Numbered from the stretch's first letter, positions 1 to 14,047 are shown. The stretch: DNA of 64,000 nt from Ascidiella aspersa (GCA_963924565.1 OZ004608.1:9858001-9922000); one strand, 5' to 3'. Numbers and translations are program-made. Notes: a model not told the origin generated them from the letters alone.

Positions 1-3000
1 CAATTGGCGGAAAACCTAAGTCGTTTCGCTCCAGGTAAGCCGTAAAAGCGAAGCCAAGTCGCCGTTTTTTGCGAAAGCATCTTGAAAGCGGGTCAAAGGC
101 GTAAACAAGCGAACGAAGACCTGTTTGGGAAGTTGCGATTGGTCACGGTGCTGATGTGTTGGTGTGCTTGAAGAGGCGGCAGTTATTGCACTTGTGAGAA
201 TGGAACCGCCGTGTCCGCCAGCCCACCGCCCGTAAACAATATTTTGCGTTTGTTTAAGTCCATTTACGAAGAACAGGCTGGCTGGTTCAACTACGGGCTA
301 AGCCCTCGTCAGCTATTTGTTTTCTATATACAGGTGGCGCGATGTGCGAAAACAGCAGAGCGAAACCTTAATTAGACTTTTCTCTTTGTACTGTCAAAGG
401 CGTCCTCTGTCCGCATTATGCATGAGGATTTCGGTTTCAGCTAATGCGTTTTGCAATTTGGACTATTTTCAGAAGCGCCCAAGAAAGGCTGCGGTCGCAT
501 TTGCCGTGCGTTCCAAATGTCACGGGCGCACAATTTCGCCCGCTTGCCATCGGGCTCCGTTGCGAAAACTTCGAAAGTCGCCTTCTCCGTTCTGATTGGC
601 TGAGCTCTTGAAGGGGCCGTTTCGCCCTTTCTCCTCGGGCGCATTAACCGTGACTTCAGCGGTCGCGGCGCTCGAATGTTTACGCTACCTGCTGGCAAAT
701 CTCGGCTTATCAAACGTCGAATCGGACTTTGGCGAGGTCCGTCGCACGCAAGGCTAGACCGCCGAACTTGCCACGCGGCAACAAATAAGCGGCCGCGGTT
801 AGTTTTTCGGCGATTTTCGGCGGCCGAGAAAAAACGCTTTATTTCGCGTTTCTTGCTAAAACGACCTTTCGACAACGGCTTTGCTGATTGTATCGGGTCT
901 GTGTCGGGCGGCCCATATACGTCAGTAAACGGCGCTTAGCAAGTTCGAGCACCTTTGAAGGGCAATTTTGCTGATCAACATTACACCCTTCGTTGTTCGT
1001 TACGTAATTGCAAAGCTTGTTGATGTTGCAATGAAAACGCAATTTCAATTAATAGTTTTGTGACGAAACGTTTAAAAGCGAGTTTGGCTTGCGAAACGTT
1101 GCACGAAGGCACTTCACGCATCTCTCCATCTATCGTCACGCTAATAAAATAGCAATATTCGGCCAACAGTTAATGCTATCGTACAGTCATTTGCACGACA
1201 ATAACGCAATGGGACATTTCACTGAATCTTAATTGACTTTGGTTTTACTTTTATAGAGATGGAGTAGTTGTCTGATAGCTCACTAGATAAGTACCGTTCA
1301 TTTTTACTGGGCAATTTTAAATGGCAACCGAAAAAAATCCTCGCTTTTAAGGAATCAGCTCTTATCAGCGTTTGCTAGGAAAAGGGGAATCCCCGATGAA
1401 ATTGAAAGCTAAAAGCTGGTTTGCACTGTAAATCGAGGAAATCGATTTCGGTGGAATCAGACGATCGATTTTGCTCGAAACAAGCTGTCACTTAATGGAC
1501 TTACTTCCGCGGGAAAACGACTCAACCGAATTACGTTACCTTATCGAGTAACTCGCCACCCAGGATAAAGAGTAACACAATTTACAACCGGAAGCCCGTT
1601 GAATCTTAATTGTGTTTTCTTTCTGCATCTTCAAGCGCAAAGAGATCAGAGTGGCTCATAAAAAAGTCGCGTCGGATTTGGCCTCGTAAAAACCATTACG
1701 CAATGCCGCTACTTAATTGCCACCTCCCGCCCGCCATATGTCTGTAATAAAAATTCATTAAGTACTTTAAGGCCAGACAACCCCGATTCCGACATGGGCA
1801 TTTCAAAGGGGAAACCGTAATTATACAAAACCCGTAAAACAATCAATTCATTATGCCCGCGAAACGCCTAAGACGCACTATCTTGATCTTCCACTTTGTT
1901 TTTCTTTTTTCTCTTATTCCTCATTTTCTTCTCCCTTCCCCTTATCTCTCGAACTTTTGCCCGCCTTGTGTTAGCCCAGGGCTACAAATATATTATTCCC
2001 GTCTGTCAACGTTTATCCGCTGTCGACCTGCGAAGGCCGCTGTTGGTGTGCGGTTTGGAGGTCTGCAGTGAACTATGCAACCCCCCCAAAAATGCAACGT
2101 TTTTTCAAACTTGTGAAAAAAGCTTAGTTTTTTCATTTGTGTTTGCTTAATTATAAAACCTTTTTTATTATGACCCAAATGTATGTCTTATTTATTGCTA
2201 TGTACCTAATTGTGTTTTATATGATTATTCCTCGCAATTGTTTTCTTCGCAAATTCAATCTTTAAAATATTGCTAAAACAGAAGGGTCAGTCTCTTTGTA
2301 TAACAGCTTTTGGTGTTAGGCTGTTCCTTCCTCTAATCCGGTGACGTTAAGTACTTTCCTATTTTGCGTGTGCATTGCATTGGCCGTGGATCAAGAGAAA
2401 AAATAAATCTTAAAACTCGAAACTTTAAACCGTAGACTAGTAGTTTGCATGACCGCTTTAGGTACACCCGGCTCCATTTTCCCGACCCTTGGGGCCATTT
2501 TCGCACAACAGAAAGCTGCCACGTATAAGCTTGCCCACTCCACCAGACCGCCGCTTATATCCCCGACATGTTTAAGCTTCTACCGCGAGAAGCGCAGTTT
2601 CGATATTTTAAGGCATGACGTAACATATTTTCGGCGCAGGTGATTTGTCAGTTGGCCCAGCACTGACATTTAATTGGAGGCTGCGGCTGCGAAGCGATTA
2701 CAAATCGCGGCGTTTACAGACGGGATTTGGCAATCATTTTGCTGTTATTGACTCCGTAATTGTGAGAAACCCGAGTGACCGCGGGTCAATTTCGCCTTTT
2801 CCTGTCCGCAAATTAATGTCGGTTCGTGACACAATTTTAATTGTCCAACTTTCGATTATGGTTTTTCCTTATATGGCTAATGTTGGACGATAACATGACG
2901 TGTCTGTTGAATGTTTTGCCGCGGTCTTGTTGTCTTTATAAAATTAATTTTCGTCGCATCTTTTCGATTTCAATCTAAAAGGTACTCGGAAAATTTGAAG

Positions 3001-4155
3001 ATATTTCTTTGAATTTTGATGACAAAAATAGTTTTGCAAATACATAAAATTTGAACATTTATGCTTTTGAACGACACGCCCCATTTAAAACGTTTGTTTA
3101 CTCGCAAATCGTATATCAAGTTGTCCAGTCGACTGAAATTTCAATCACCATGAAATTGCGTCAACAAGCGCGAAATAAACCAATTAAAAGTGATCTAATA
3201 CTATTTGAGTCATTTTTCAATCAGCATCACGACTTGTCAGTCGCCATTTCGCCCAAATCTACTGAGAAGACAAGAGCGGTATAACGCGAATTATAATTCT
3301 GTCAACAAGCGTATCTATAGCCAGCCATTGGTTGAAACGAAAGCTCTTGTCGTCGACCAATACTCGCTTGTATATAGGAACTATTAATCGATCACCGTGA
3401 TCGTTATCAATGCATCAACGCGCATTCGGGACACAAATTCGGCGAATTTTCGAGAACCGCTTCCACCTTCTACTGGCGGGAAAGCAGAAATTCAACCCTA
3501 AAATGGGTTCGTCGTGAACTTGAATTGTTTTTTGAACTTGGTGTGAGCTAAAACGGCTTGCGTTAAATTACAGCCTCGTTGTGGTTTTGTACTTCAGGTA
3601 TGACCGGTCGCTCACCTTTTCAAATGAAGGTTTGCCGCTTGAAATCAGCAAAACATAAATACTTTTTATCAGGGTCTGCCATATGTTAAACACAATCCGA
3701 CTATAGCAAGTACTTTTGTTGCTGAAATAAGTTGTGAAAACGCCTAACAAAATTACGCTCTTATTTTTATTATCATCCTTATGTTACGGGTTACCGCCGT
3801 AGCCTTGTGTTCATGTAGCCTATAGAAAAAGAATGTGAGAAAACGCATTCGCCTTCGAATTCTAAACACAGCTCAGGTTTATTCGAAATTTTATAGCTAA
3901 CGTTGTGATGCAACATTTGACGTCACGCTTTAACATTTTGCTGCCCTCCTCCCTTAAAGGAACTTCTGGATCGACCATAAAAGCCCACGCATTTCTCAAT
4001 TTAAGTGTCTTTCCGAAAACTGACAATATACAGCTTTACTTGAATCAACAAACCAGATGCTTTTTCAGCTGTTTAGATAAACCAAAATCAACATCGCTGT
4101 TTTCTTTTCGAACTTCCTTGAAAATCCCATGACGTGAAGTTTCCGACAGGAAATG

Positions 4156-4233
4156 TTTATTTGGGTACACTATGCACGAATCTGTAATGTAGCTTGATAA
4201 TAAATTTCAAAGCCAAAAAGGTCGAGTAAATCG
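4156..4233. repeat. ~75-bp interspersed repeat, copy 1
   Basis: ACACTATGCACGAATCTGTAATGTAGCTTGATAATAAATTTCAAAGCCAAAAAGGTCGAGTAAATCG closely matches 16088-16166 in direct orientation. Confidence 0.8.
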
Positions 4234-5611
4234 TCAGAGTTTTTTAGGACGATATATGAAAGTCCGAAAACAATATGCTTTGGCAACATATATTGAAAGG
4301 TAATCGCCATAACAAATTAACCGGTAGATTAACGGTTGTGAAATGGCAATAATAAAACCAACAATATTTATTGCTCATAAATTTTGTAATGGTAAAACGA
4401 TCGGCTGTTTGATGAAAATCTAGCGCAGGAAGTCATTGCATCTAAACCACCGTTAAGTTACAGAGATGATTTTTATTTCTGCCAACCGTTCGTTTATGGA
4501 GGCTCCATTATCTTGTGGCTTGGTTTTCTTTCAAAAAAACACACGAAAAAGCTATACACCAGCTTCAATCGCAGGTGTGGATAAACATTGCTTGGAAGTC
4601 ATCGCATTTGTACCACTTCTGAGTAATTGCTATACTTTGTTGTCAGTCACTCAAGCATGTATAAGGGCCGGAAGCAATTTATAAACGATTTTTTTTTGTT
4701 ATGGGTGAACTAATTTAATTTCATTTTGAAAGGATTAATTAAACGTGCACTTTCTCGGCGATGTTTTTTTGGTGGCCTACGTCATTACATTTTGAATTTG
4801 TTAAGGATTCTGGTCTAATAGATTATTTGTTTAGTTTTAGTTGTTCCATGCAGTGTTTTTACTATTCTGTAATAATAGAACTTTGGTTGGGCTACTATTT
4901 TAACAGCTGCTGTTATAAGCAATAGCTAAAACTATTTTACCTATGACAAAAACACATAGAATATTTCATTTGGATAATAATTTATTCGCTGAAAATTTGC
5001 AACAAGAAAAAGCGGGAAAAAAACAAAACAAAAATGTATTGCGAAAAGAACAGAAGCGCTGCCGTGAAGCCTTCAACAGCCGTTGTGTGGCTGCGGCGCA
5101 GCAAAAATAACAACAAAGCACTTGTGTGTGTGTGTAAGGCCTACGTCTGTTACACAGTCGAACAATAAGAACAACGAACGCACGAGGGTGCGCTGAAATC
5201 AAAAACACGTCGCGCTAGGAGCACGTCACTTAGGGTTTACTTTTCTAGTTTAGTCCGCATTGGCGGATCGTGTGGTTTGGTTAAACGCTATACGTTGGCT
5301 ACAGGTTTCGATTGGCTACAAAGGCACAACTATAGTTCTTTCGTTATCGTGTGAAACACAAAACGAGTCGTGGGCGACAATCATAATAAATCCTCTAATC
5401 TAGAGAGCGACTAAAGTGAAATAAAACCATTTTCTCGCATTTACGTGACGGCAAAAGCAGTAGTACAGGCGTTTGACGGCGCCGTGTGCTCTTTCATCTT
5501 TTTCAGTTGGGTCCCGGCGTCTCCAGGCGCCCTCTAGGCCCGACTGATGCGCTTAGCAGCAGCTGCAGTGTGGTGCTGACCGGTGGCGGATTAATATATT
5601 TCGCGACGCGC

Positions 5612-8600
5612 TTACGAAAGCGGGGTTGGCAGAATGAAGGCGGTGCGAGCCCCATCAGTTCTGGCCCCACCCTTGGTGAGAACCGGGAGGGTCAGGGTCG
5701 GGGTGGGGGGAGGCGGCGAGGTGAAGAAGAGGGTCGGTTCCGGACTGCCGCTGTTGGATTCCTGGGGAGAGTTGGAGTCGCCAAGGCCGAGGGTCTTCTC
5801 GAAGTCGAGCAGCTGGCCCATGAAGTTGAAGTTGGGCGACACGTTGCTCTTGCGCTGCTTTACAAAGTCGTAGGCGTCGTTGAGCGACCAGCGACGCTTC
5901 TGCATCAGGTAGGCGACGGTGACAGTGACTGATCGGCTGATGCCGGCCAGACAGTGCACGAGGACGCCGCAGTTGCGAGAGCGGGCTTCATCTGTTGGCA
6001 GAAAAAGAGCGTTTAATTTGACTGACAACGGAGAAAGTCCCGGCAAACAAACATCGTCTATAAATAGGATTTACACTAGAGATATTCGGGGAGAAAGAAA
6101 ATTGCCGGTCGTGCCGCTTCCCACACGTAAATCATAAACAGTCGCCCGCCCTAAATCGACTTTTGATTTGATTAAAGTCCTTTCCAGCGAGAAAGCTCCG
6201 CGTGCCAAAGTCCGATGTCGTGCCGCCGAAAAATAGCCGCCGGGCCAAAGCGGCTCAGAGCCGGGCGCTCGCACGACATCTGGGCCCAGGACAAATAAAC
6301 AAACTCGGAACGTCAGCGGCGATCTTTATCGCGGCATTAGCGCCTCTATGAGCTTCCCTAATCATCGCATTTACATGCTGGACGGACTTAGCGCGGAACA
6401 ACAACATGGAGCCTGTTTATGCTGTTTTGGGAAGATTTCTGCCCAGTCATCGCGCCTTGCGTGTCAAAGCGAGTGCGTGAGTGATCGCAATTTAGGCTCG
6501 TTCACGGACAGCGCCCCGTAATTTGCCCCTCGTCAACCTGACAGCGACGAGCGGCTTTTCTCACAAATCTGAATCACACACAACCCCGTTTGCCTTGCGC
6601 TACTGTCGGCGGAACAATAGAGCTTTTTTCTGCAGTAGCGGTTTGCGCGTGAGAGAACGACGTTCGACCTAATTTTGGCGTCGCTCGATAACTTCCGACG
6701 GAACGCATGAAAATACTCGCGGGCGGAGACCGGGCGGCGTCGGGCTGCCTAAGCTAGGCCGGTGAAAACGCTGAAAATCCTCCGACCAGCGGGGCTGCAC
6801 CGGAGATTCCTGGCCCGCTATAGCCGTGGGAAACGCGTCAAATCCACTTCCAAGTGGAATTCGACTCGTGCGAGCCTGGCGCTACGGCAAACAGGCCAAT
6901 CGAACGCTCCAACGATCGCCAAGGGCCTGGGTGCCGGGCGTTTACGACTTAAACTCGGATCTGTGTGCACCGTAAACCTTCTAGTGTTGTCTGTCTGACT
7001 GCGAGGCGAGCCCTTGCCATTGTCGCTGCTCGCTCGACTGCGAACCAAACAACGGAGCTCGGGTTATTTTTACCCCAACTCGCCGGTTATATTTATCTGG
7101 CTTTGGCACGCCATCTTATTTTTATTCTCTCGAAAAAAGAAGAAGACGTGGCAGTTTAGAGTGCGGGTTGGTTTTGAACTTAAGCGACCGATGTCTAAGA
7201 GCTATCAGCGTAAGCCGATTGCCTGTTTACACGAATTCCAAGTTTCGACAGGGTTGCGCCGGTTCGGCTTTTACGAATGCGCGCGATTACTGGGTCGCTA
7301 ATCCGTTTCCAACAAGTGGCGTGGCGTTGGTTTTTTCTAGAAATTTCTTCAGACGCTTTCCTTTAAAACGTCGCGAATCGCTAGCAACGCGAACGGAGCC
7401 GAACTCGTGTGTCCGTCATAATCGCATTACTTCGGCCAGAGCAGAACACAATCGACCATTGTGTGAGTTCGGAGCGTTAAAACGCGGAGTGAATTACTTG
7501 AGCGATAAATCCCAGGAGACTGTACCGATCGAAACGCCTGCCAAGTTTTCCGTTTCGCGTATGCCACCCACAATAGCTGGCGCAAAGTCCAAAACGTGAC
7601 GACCAGTCAAAAACACACACATGGCTGATACAAAATCTTGTTTTGTTTTTCGGCACAGCGCGAGGCTGCCACGCATCTATCGCTATTCCCTCGACGGGCG
7701 GCTATTTATGACCGAATATTTCTAGCGCTTCGTCACTGCTCTTAAGAGCGCGCCAGATAAAGTCGGACGTTAATTGCCGGGTTAGCGAAAGTGGCATTTT
7801 ACAGCGGAGCCTGGCGCAGGCTGGTACCGTGAAGAGATGGGCGGACGGAAAGGGCCGCAATTAAGGCTGTTTTCTAGGCTCTATTGGAATTTGTTGTTAT
7901 CCGGCGGCGGCAAGCGTTACGTGCGGTGCGCGCCGGTCGCCGACAAGACTTTGGGACAACGCCCTGAAGTGTCAGTTTGGAAATCACGCCTCGAAATTAC
8001 AACCGAAGATTAGAGCGCGACTGTTGTTATTATTTTTCAAAAATCAAACCGCCGAAAGAACTGCCCTTTTTACTCGAAATTGCCTCGCTTTGTCGAAGCG
8101 GATTTGGCAGATCGAGCGAGGAAACGCGCGGCAGCTGACACAACACACACGCAGATTCAATAAGCGCTTTCTCCTTTAAGCCGCATAACTCCTCGCGTTG
8201 GTGGCACAACGGGACCTTTAGAGATCTCCCAGTAACGCGACCGTACAGCGCCATTCATCCGCTTCGCTTTAATGGAGTTTACGGCCTTTTTACGGCAGGT
8301 GACTGGGCTTTGTGCACCCAAGTGCGCTGGCCAGACTCCATTGTGCGCGGCGCGATTTGGAAAAGAGGCGGGAAAAGGACAATTGCCAGCAACGGTAGTA
8401 AAAAACGTCGACGGCAGACGGGCTGCGTAGCGTTGGGAACGAGAGATAACAAACTATAGTGTCGGGTCTGGAGCCAAAACGAAGGCGCGCCAAGAATTAA
8501 ACAGCCGTTGAGAGAAGGGGAATCTTGTTTACTTGTAACTGCGCTAATCTCGTAGACTTTGCACTTTTGGGCCCCGAGGCATGACACAAACCGCCTTCTT

Positions 8601-11600
8601 GGCGAATTTAAAGCTTTCAGGTCTGCGTCGAGCGCTTGAAAACTAACCCGCGAAATTACTTGGTCATTAACGCAATGAAGAGGCCCAACTTGAAACGAAA
8701 CCGCGCTTTGTTTATCGCCGAAGCAAATCGACGCGTTGGCATCTCTGAGGACGATTAGCTCGAACTCTACCACGCAAATAGCGTTCACTTAACAAGCTTT
8801 GGGAGGAAGAACGGCACGACCTTTCACACGAGAGGAGAGTGTAATCATGTAATGTAACGCTACCGTTGGGATCTTAGAATCAACTCACCGATAAACTCGA
8901 TGGCTTCGGGAAAAAACTGGGAGAGGTTCTGGCTCCAGTGGTCGGTGATGGGAATCTGCTTGTAGTTGTAGCGCTTGTCGCCCTCGAACTTGTTGGGCAG
9001 ATTGGGTGTAACGTTGAGGATGTAGCTGATGTTGAAGCGCGCCAAGGTGTCGGCGTTAGAGGCGTCGTTGGCGCAGCCCAGAAAGAGGCCGGGCAGGATT
9101 TCGGCGGGGACCGCGGCGCCACCGTACAGGGGGTGTCCCGGGGACGGCGAGGGGCACACAGGGGAAGGGGACTTGGCCGAGGCGCCTTTGTCGCAAGTGC
9201 AGCAGGCTTGCCGAATGGTGAGGGGCGCCGGTTTACGGGAAAGGTTCGTGGTGTTGCCTTCGGTGGAGGAAAGGCTGTTGGCGCTGTTCGGGTCGTCCGA
9301 CTCGCCTTCGCTGTTGAAGCGGTCGCTGTGCTGAGCGCATCGGTTCGCTCTGTGGTTGTCGAATCTCGGTCCTGACCTTTTTCCGCGCAGGTGGAAGCCG
9401 TTGTCCAGGTGATCTTCATCTTCTTCGTTGTTGTTGTCGCAGGTGATGCGAAGTGATCCGAGTCCAAGGATGGAGGGCGTGAGTCCCAATGGAGTCATCG
9501 GGGAGCATCTTCCGCCAGCCGGTGAGGAGGAGGCGGAGTCGTCGCTGCCGCATCCTTCATCGTCGGCGTCGCTCGAAGATCCGTTTGCTTTGGTGCAGAA
9601 GTCCGGGTGGCCGACTTGGAATTTCGTGTAGCCCCCTGAGAGAAAAAGGTGAAGAGTTCACGTTACAGGCTTCTGGCTCGTCTTGTCGCGAGTTGTGTTA
9701 CGCAGGCGGGGCGTCCTACTTTCTATATGTATCGGCGTCGTGCCGTTACACGAGCGCGGAATGCGTAACAGCATGTCGAGCAATAGACCGCTTCCGGCTT
9801 GCTTGCCTGAGAGCGAGCGCCGCTCCTATATGCGAGTCACCTCTAACGGGTTTATATATAGAGATAAAATAATGCGCGAGCTCGCTGTCGCAGCACGTCC
9901 GGCGCTAGTCATTCACAATTGTGGCCAAAGCGTGAACAGCAGATACGCAAGTGTCGGCGCTTGCTCATCGTCTATCGAGCTGGCAGCGGAGTCTAGTCAT
10001 GAATCGCAACGCAAGAAGGCTTCTCGAGTGGCCTTAAGCGTAAATCCGCCGCTCTCTGGGGAGCTTAAACCAGCAAACGGCTCGAAAGCGTTGCGTGAGT
10101 CACTGCTCAATCGCCCGAAACTCAACTCACGACCGTGACCGGGCAAGAAACTTTTCCACTTCGAAATACAATCCGCTAGTTTTTTGTCCTTTCGAGGAGC
10201 GCTGTTTTGGTGACCCTAGTAAGGGCGACGTTCGTTAAACTAGCCATAAAAGCGGCACACGAGGTCAAAACACTAACGAACGCGTGCGTTTTTTTAACGA
10301 ACGTTTACGACAGATGTAAAAGAATCGCAAAACGAAAAAAGCAATTTTAAGGCATTTCTCGCTCTTCGATTGCCTTATGGGAACCGCAAATCGCACACGC
10401 ACAGGTTACCGATTAACAAATACCGCACACGGTGGATTTTTTCGCCGCGTGTCGACAAAGCGGCCGAAGGAAAATTTACTCGAACTCGGCGCCGGGGTTG
10501 AGGCGGTGTCCCTTACACCGGATGAGCTGTGTGTTTAGTAAGCCCTGCCGTAAATCACGATCGCACGGTTATCACCGCTCTTCGGGCGCTGCTCGCTCTC
10601 GCATGGCAAACAATTCGAGAAGAGAGGGATTCCCTCGCTGGCGAACCCGGCTCTTATCGCTGCACCCAGAGGCGCCCGTTTACCGTAACTCGATATTGCG
10701 AGCGGCCGACTGCGCCGCTTCAGACGACGCGCAATTGCCCCCTAAACATGTAGTTTTAAAACCGCGAAAACGAGCGAAAATTTCATGCCGAAAACGAAAA
10801 TCGGTCGCATTTTCAACGCGAAATAGCTTTTGCGGTACGGTAAATTCGCTTGCACTGCGAGTTATATCAACACGCTGTTTTGAGGCGAGACCCGGGGCGC
10901 CTAAACCGGTTTCGGATTACCTTAACCCAGAGTCTATACACGGGGCTTGAGCTACCTATGGGCGGCTGATTCACGCTTGCGAGATTTTCGCCGCCTGTCG
11001 CCGCACACACCTGATGCGCGCGAGATTACCGCGTGCGGCCAAGCGTAGAACATCGCGTGAGAAGGCCGCCAGTCGTTCGGGTTGATGGTTAACCTCGGGC
11101 AAATAGCAGGCCGGAAAATCGACGGCTGAAGAGAATCTCGCGGGCGCGCGCTCGCGCTATTGAGACGGCCGACGGTGATTCACGCTCGTTTTGTTTGTCG
11201 TGCAAAGACCGTCGGTCCGACTTATTCCTCTTGGTCGCTCGTTTGCCGCTGCTGTTGACACGGCGCAAATACGGGTTTCGCGATTACACGTTGAGCCCTG
11301 TGTTTGCCCTTAAGTGCACTCTCTACAATGGAAAAGCGAGACAGAAATCGCTCGAAAAACCGCCGGGTGCTATTTTTAGAGCTTCGCCAACCAAAAAAGC
11401 GATTTTCCCTTTTGCTAAGTAAACAACGGTCCCGGGCAATCCGGAAAATCGCGATCTAACGATGTTTAATAAGCGGGAAGGCTTTTACGACTCGCACTTA
11501 CAAGAAATTCCGGATCTAATACGAATTCTGGGCTTTCGATAATTGGAAGCGGTTGTCCCCCGCACGCGGATTATTACGTGACAGCTATTGTCGTCACGTC

Positions 11601-12340
11601 TTATACGGCGCTGCGGCCTGATATTAAAGCCACATCCGGCCTAGAGTGAATGGTGTCATGATCCCAGCGTGACTTAGCGGCCCAGTCACCATGCGCGCTG
11701 CTGGTAACACTGGCTGCTGAGCTGGCACTTAGGCGAGCGAGTGATAAGCCGGTTCCCACCAAACAGACCAGTATACTGTATTTTGGTTTTACTACTCGAC
11801 GCCGAAGCTTTCGTTACGATTGCCCGCCTGTCAAGTAGGTGCGACAATACCAACAGCGCGATTCCCTAACTCTACCAAGCGAACACCAATAGGGCGGCTG
11901 TTTTTACAATCACCAACCTTTCACGCAAAACACAAGCTTTCTTAGAAAAAAACGTAAGGCTTACCTTTGAGCACGATCACGTTGCAGCCCTCGTTGGCCA
12001 TGCGGTTGTAGAGCAGGTTCAGCATCGAGGTGTCGTTGTTGTTCAGCTCGGCGGTGAACTGGTCGTAGAGCACGACTTGGAAGGTGGTGCACTTTTTAAG
12101 GAAGGCTTCCTTCTCCTGGCGAAAGTTGGGCGGCACAAGGCTCTTTAGCGAGAGCTTGTTGGCCTTGAGACGTCGCATCATTAGCTGGGGAAGTACGATG
12201 TTGTGCGAGCCGCTGATGTGGCCGTAGCGGTATTCTTCGTTGGAGCGGCAGTCGAGAAGCAGAACGTCTTCCTGGCGGCAAAGGCGGTCTCTGAGCGCAT
12301 CGCAGGTCACAAATTCCTTGGTGGCCATTGTAATCTTCAT
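5612..12340 (-). CDS. DUSP6: Dual-specificity MAPK phosphatase, DUSP6/7/9 (MKP-3) family; 3 exons, ~500 aa
   Basis: Exons 12340-11965, 9635-8889 and 5991-5612 join in frame with GT-AG introns (1503 nt). Features: rhodanese/CH2 domain (VLLLDCRS), KIM ([12 protein letters not shown]), junction LKG|GYTKFQ, NES-like [32 protein letters not shown]|DEAR, catalytic [10 protein letters not shown] and [14 protein letters not shown]. Probably co-orthologous to DUSP6/7/9. Confidence 0.96.
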
Positions 12341-12659
12341 TACTGTGAGATTTCAACGGGTGTTGTACGGGTATGTCTGTATGAATTCTTTAGTTTTTTT
12401 CAAGCTTGTAACGGTTCTTGGCAGGTAGCACGAACGCGGCAGAACTTGTTTGTAAGAGCAGGTCGAACAAGTTTTTTCACAAAAAGCTATATATCTCTGC
12501 AAACAGACGAGACACAAAACGTTAGATACAGTGCAAAACCTTATACATAACACTTCATTGAAACTATACTAACTGCAAAACCAAAGCACACACCAGGCTA
12601 TGACTACTCCAAGTCTGCGACCCAGTTAAGGTCGCCTGTCTTAGACAGGCAGCCGATTG

Positions 12660-13020
12660 AATTAAGCTGCTATTAGAGCAAACCACGAGTGTGCTGTGTT
12701 ATATACGCTCAGACTTGTAAGCCGACCACGCCAACTGCTCGAGTATGATTGGAAGCGAAGGCCCGCCACGGTTTTGTGGACCAACGCGGAGCGGGAGGAA
12801 AAATAGCGCTCTGGCTTTTTCTCTTTGGCTCGCGCCGACGCTCAAGGCGCGAAGAAAAAAAGGCGCCCGCTCTCCGAGTAATTGGCAGCGCGCAAGGGCG
12901 ATAAAGGAAATAACGAGTCGAGCGCGGCACAAGAGGTTGCTCTCATTCCCCGCCTCGATTGCCCAGAGCGACTCAACGTTACAGTTGACGCTTCGCTTGG
13001 CGGGGGGCCGGAAGTTGAGG
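12660..13020 (-). promoter_or_regulatory. Putative DUSP6/7/9 core promoter with TATA box and ETS site
   Basis: TATATAA on the - strand at ~12699-12706, about 360 nt upstream of the ATG. A perfect ETS site CCGGAAGT lies at 13008-13015 in CpG-rich context. Vertebrate DUSP6 is an established FGF/ERK-ETS target. Confidence 0.5.
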
Positions 13021-14047
13021 GATTGAGTGACAAAGGCGCGGACACTTGTCAATGCGAGTGAGTGCGGCGTCATACGCGCATCGCTTGTTATTACTATCAT
13101 GTCGCCCTATCGATTCTACGCCTCTTATTGAATATTGGCCCGGATTTTACAACGCCGTGCGCAGTTTCGCTCGGTTTGGCGTTGGCGCTTTGTCAAGAGC
13201 GTAAAAGGACAAAGCCCTGTCCCCACTTTTCGTTACGCAAGGGTCTTTACCGATTTTCACTTGCCAGGTATTCGATCCCCACACGGCGAAACGACCCCCG
13301 CCACAGAACGCATTCCAACTTCACACAGCTGTATTGATCAAAGCGTGCGCTTTAACGGGAAAAGCAGCTAAATCGATTTCATCCTAATTTTAGGCTGTAG
13401 TTGTGCCGAATACACTATCTTTAAATCGAATTTTGCGCGGAATAGACTGACTCCTACGTAAGACAAAGACAATGCTGAAAAGGTTCGACCGCTGAAAACG
13501 AAGCTATGCTGAAAATATTTTCGCTCCATTTGCTTCACCGAGGGAAATGGAAACATTTACGACCGGGAAACCGTTGGCACTCCTTCGGTATTCGGAATGC
13601 GCAAAACTACGCTTGCTGACGAACGCGGGGCCCTTGCTTATGAAACCGAACAAAACGCAGCATTTCGGCAGTCAGTCAACACGGCGACGCCTATCCCCTT
13701 ATCAGAAGGACGTCCTTCGCCTCGCGCAGGCCTCATTGACAGGAAGGAGCTGTCGAAAATTGTTTATCAATTGAAAACACGCGGGTTAGGGACGGGGGTT
13801 AATTCTTCTTAAATCATCTCGTATGCAGGAAACACTTGTCGCCGCCCTCCCGTTGTTCGAAGCCACAGCGCCGCGTATTTCCGACATTCGCGTACCGCGC
13901 ATTCCTTTTCTTTCGTTCGAAAATAAGCGGGAATCTTGCGGTGCGAACGGATGCATTGCGAAACTTCCCGGCGCTGATTTCATAAACTGGCAACATGTAT
14001 CGGCAAGCCCGAGCGTGGGAATGTAATACTTGAGGAATCACGTTTCT

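Noticed and set aside
317-5208. Numerous 60-150 aa ORFs downstream of DUSP
   Set aside because: No recognisable domains or splice-compatible exon chain. They are expected by chance in GC-rich non-coding DNA.
8880-9872. Overlapping alternative-frame and antisense ORFs (195, 145 and 127 aa) on DUSP exon 2
   Set aside because: Shadows of a GC3-rich coding exon.
10432-10950. 172-aa + strand ORF in DUSP intron 1
   Set aside because: Non-ATG start, Arg/Ser-rich composition typical of CpG-rich non-coding DNA, and no recognisable homology.
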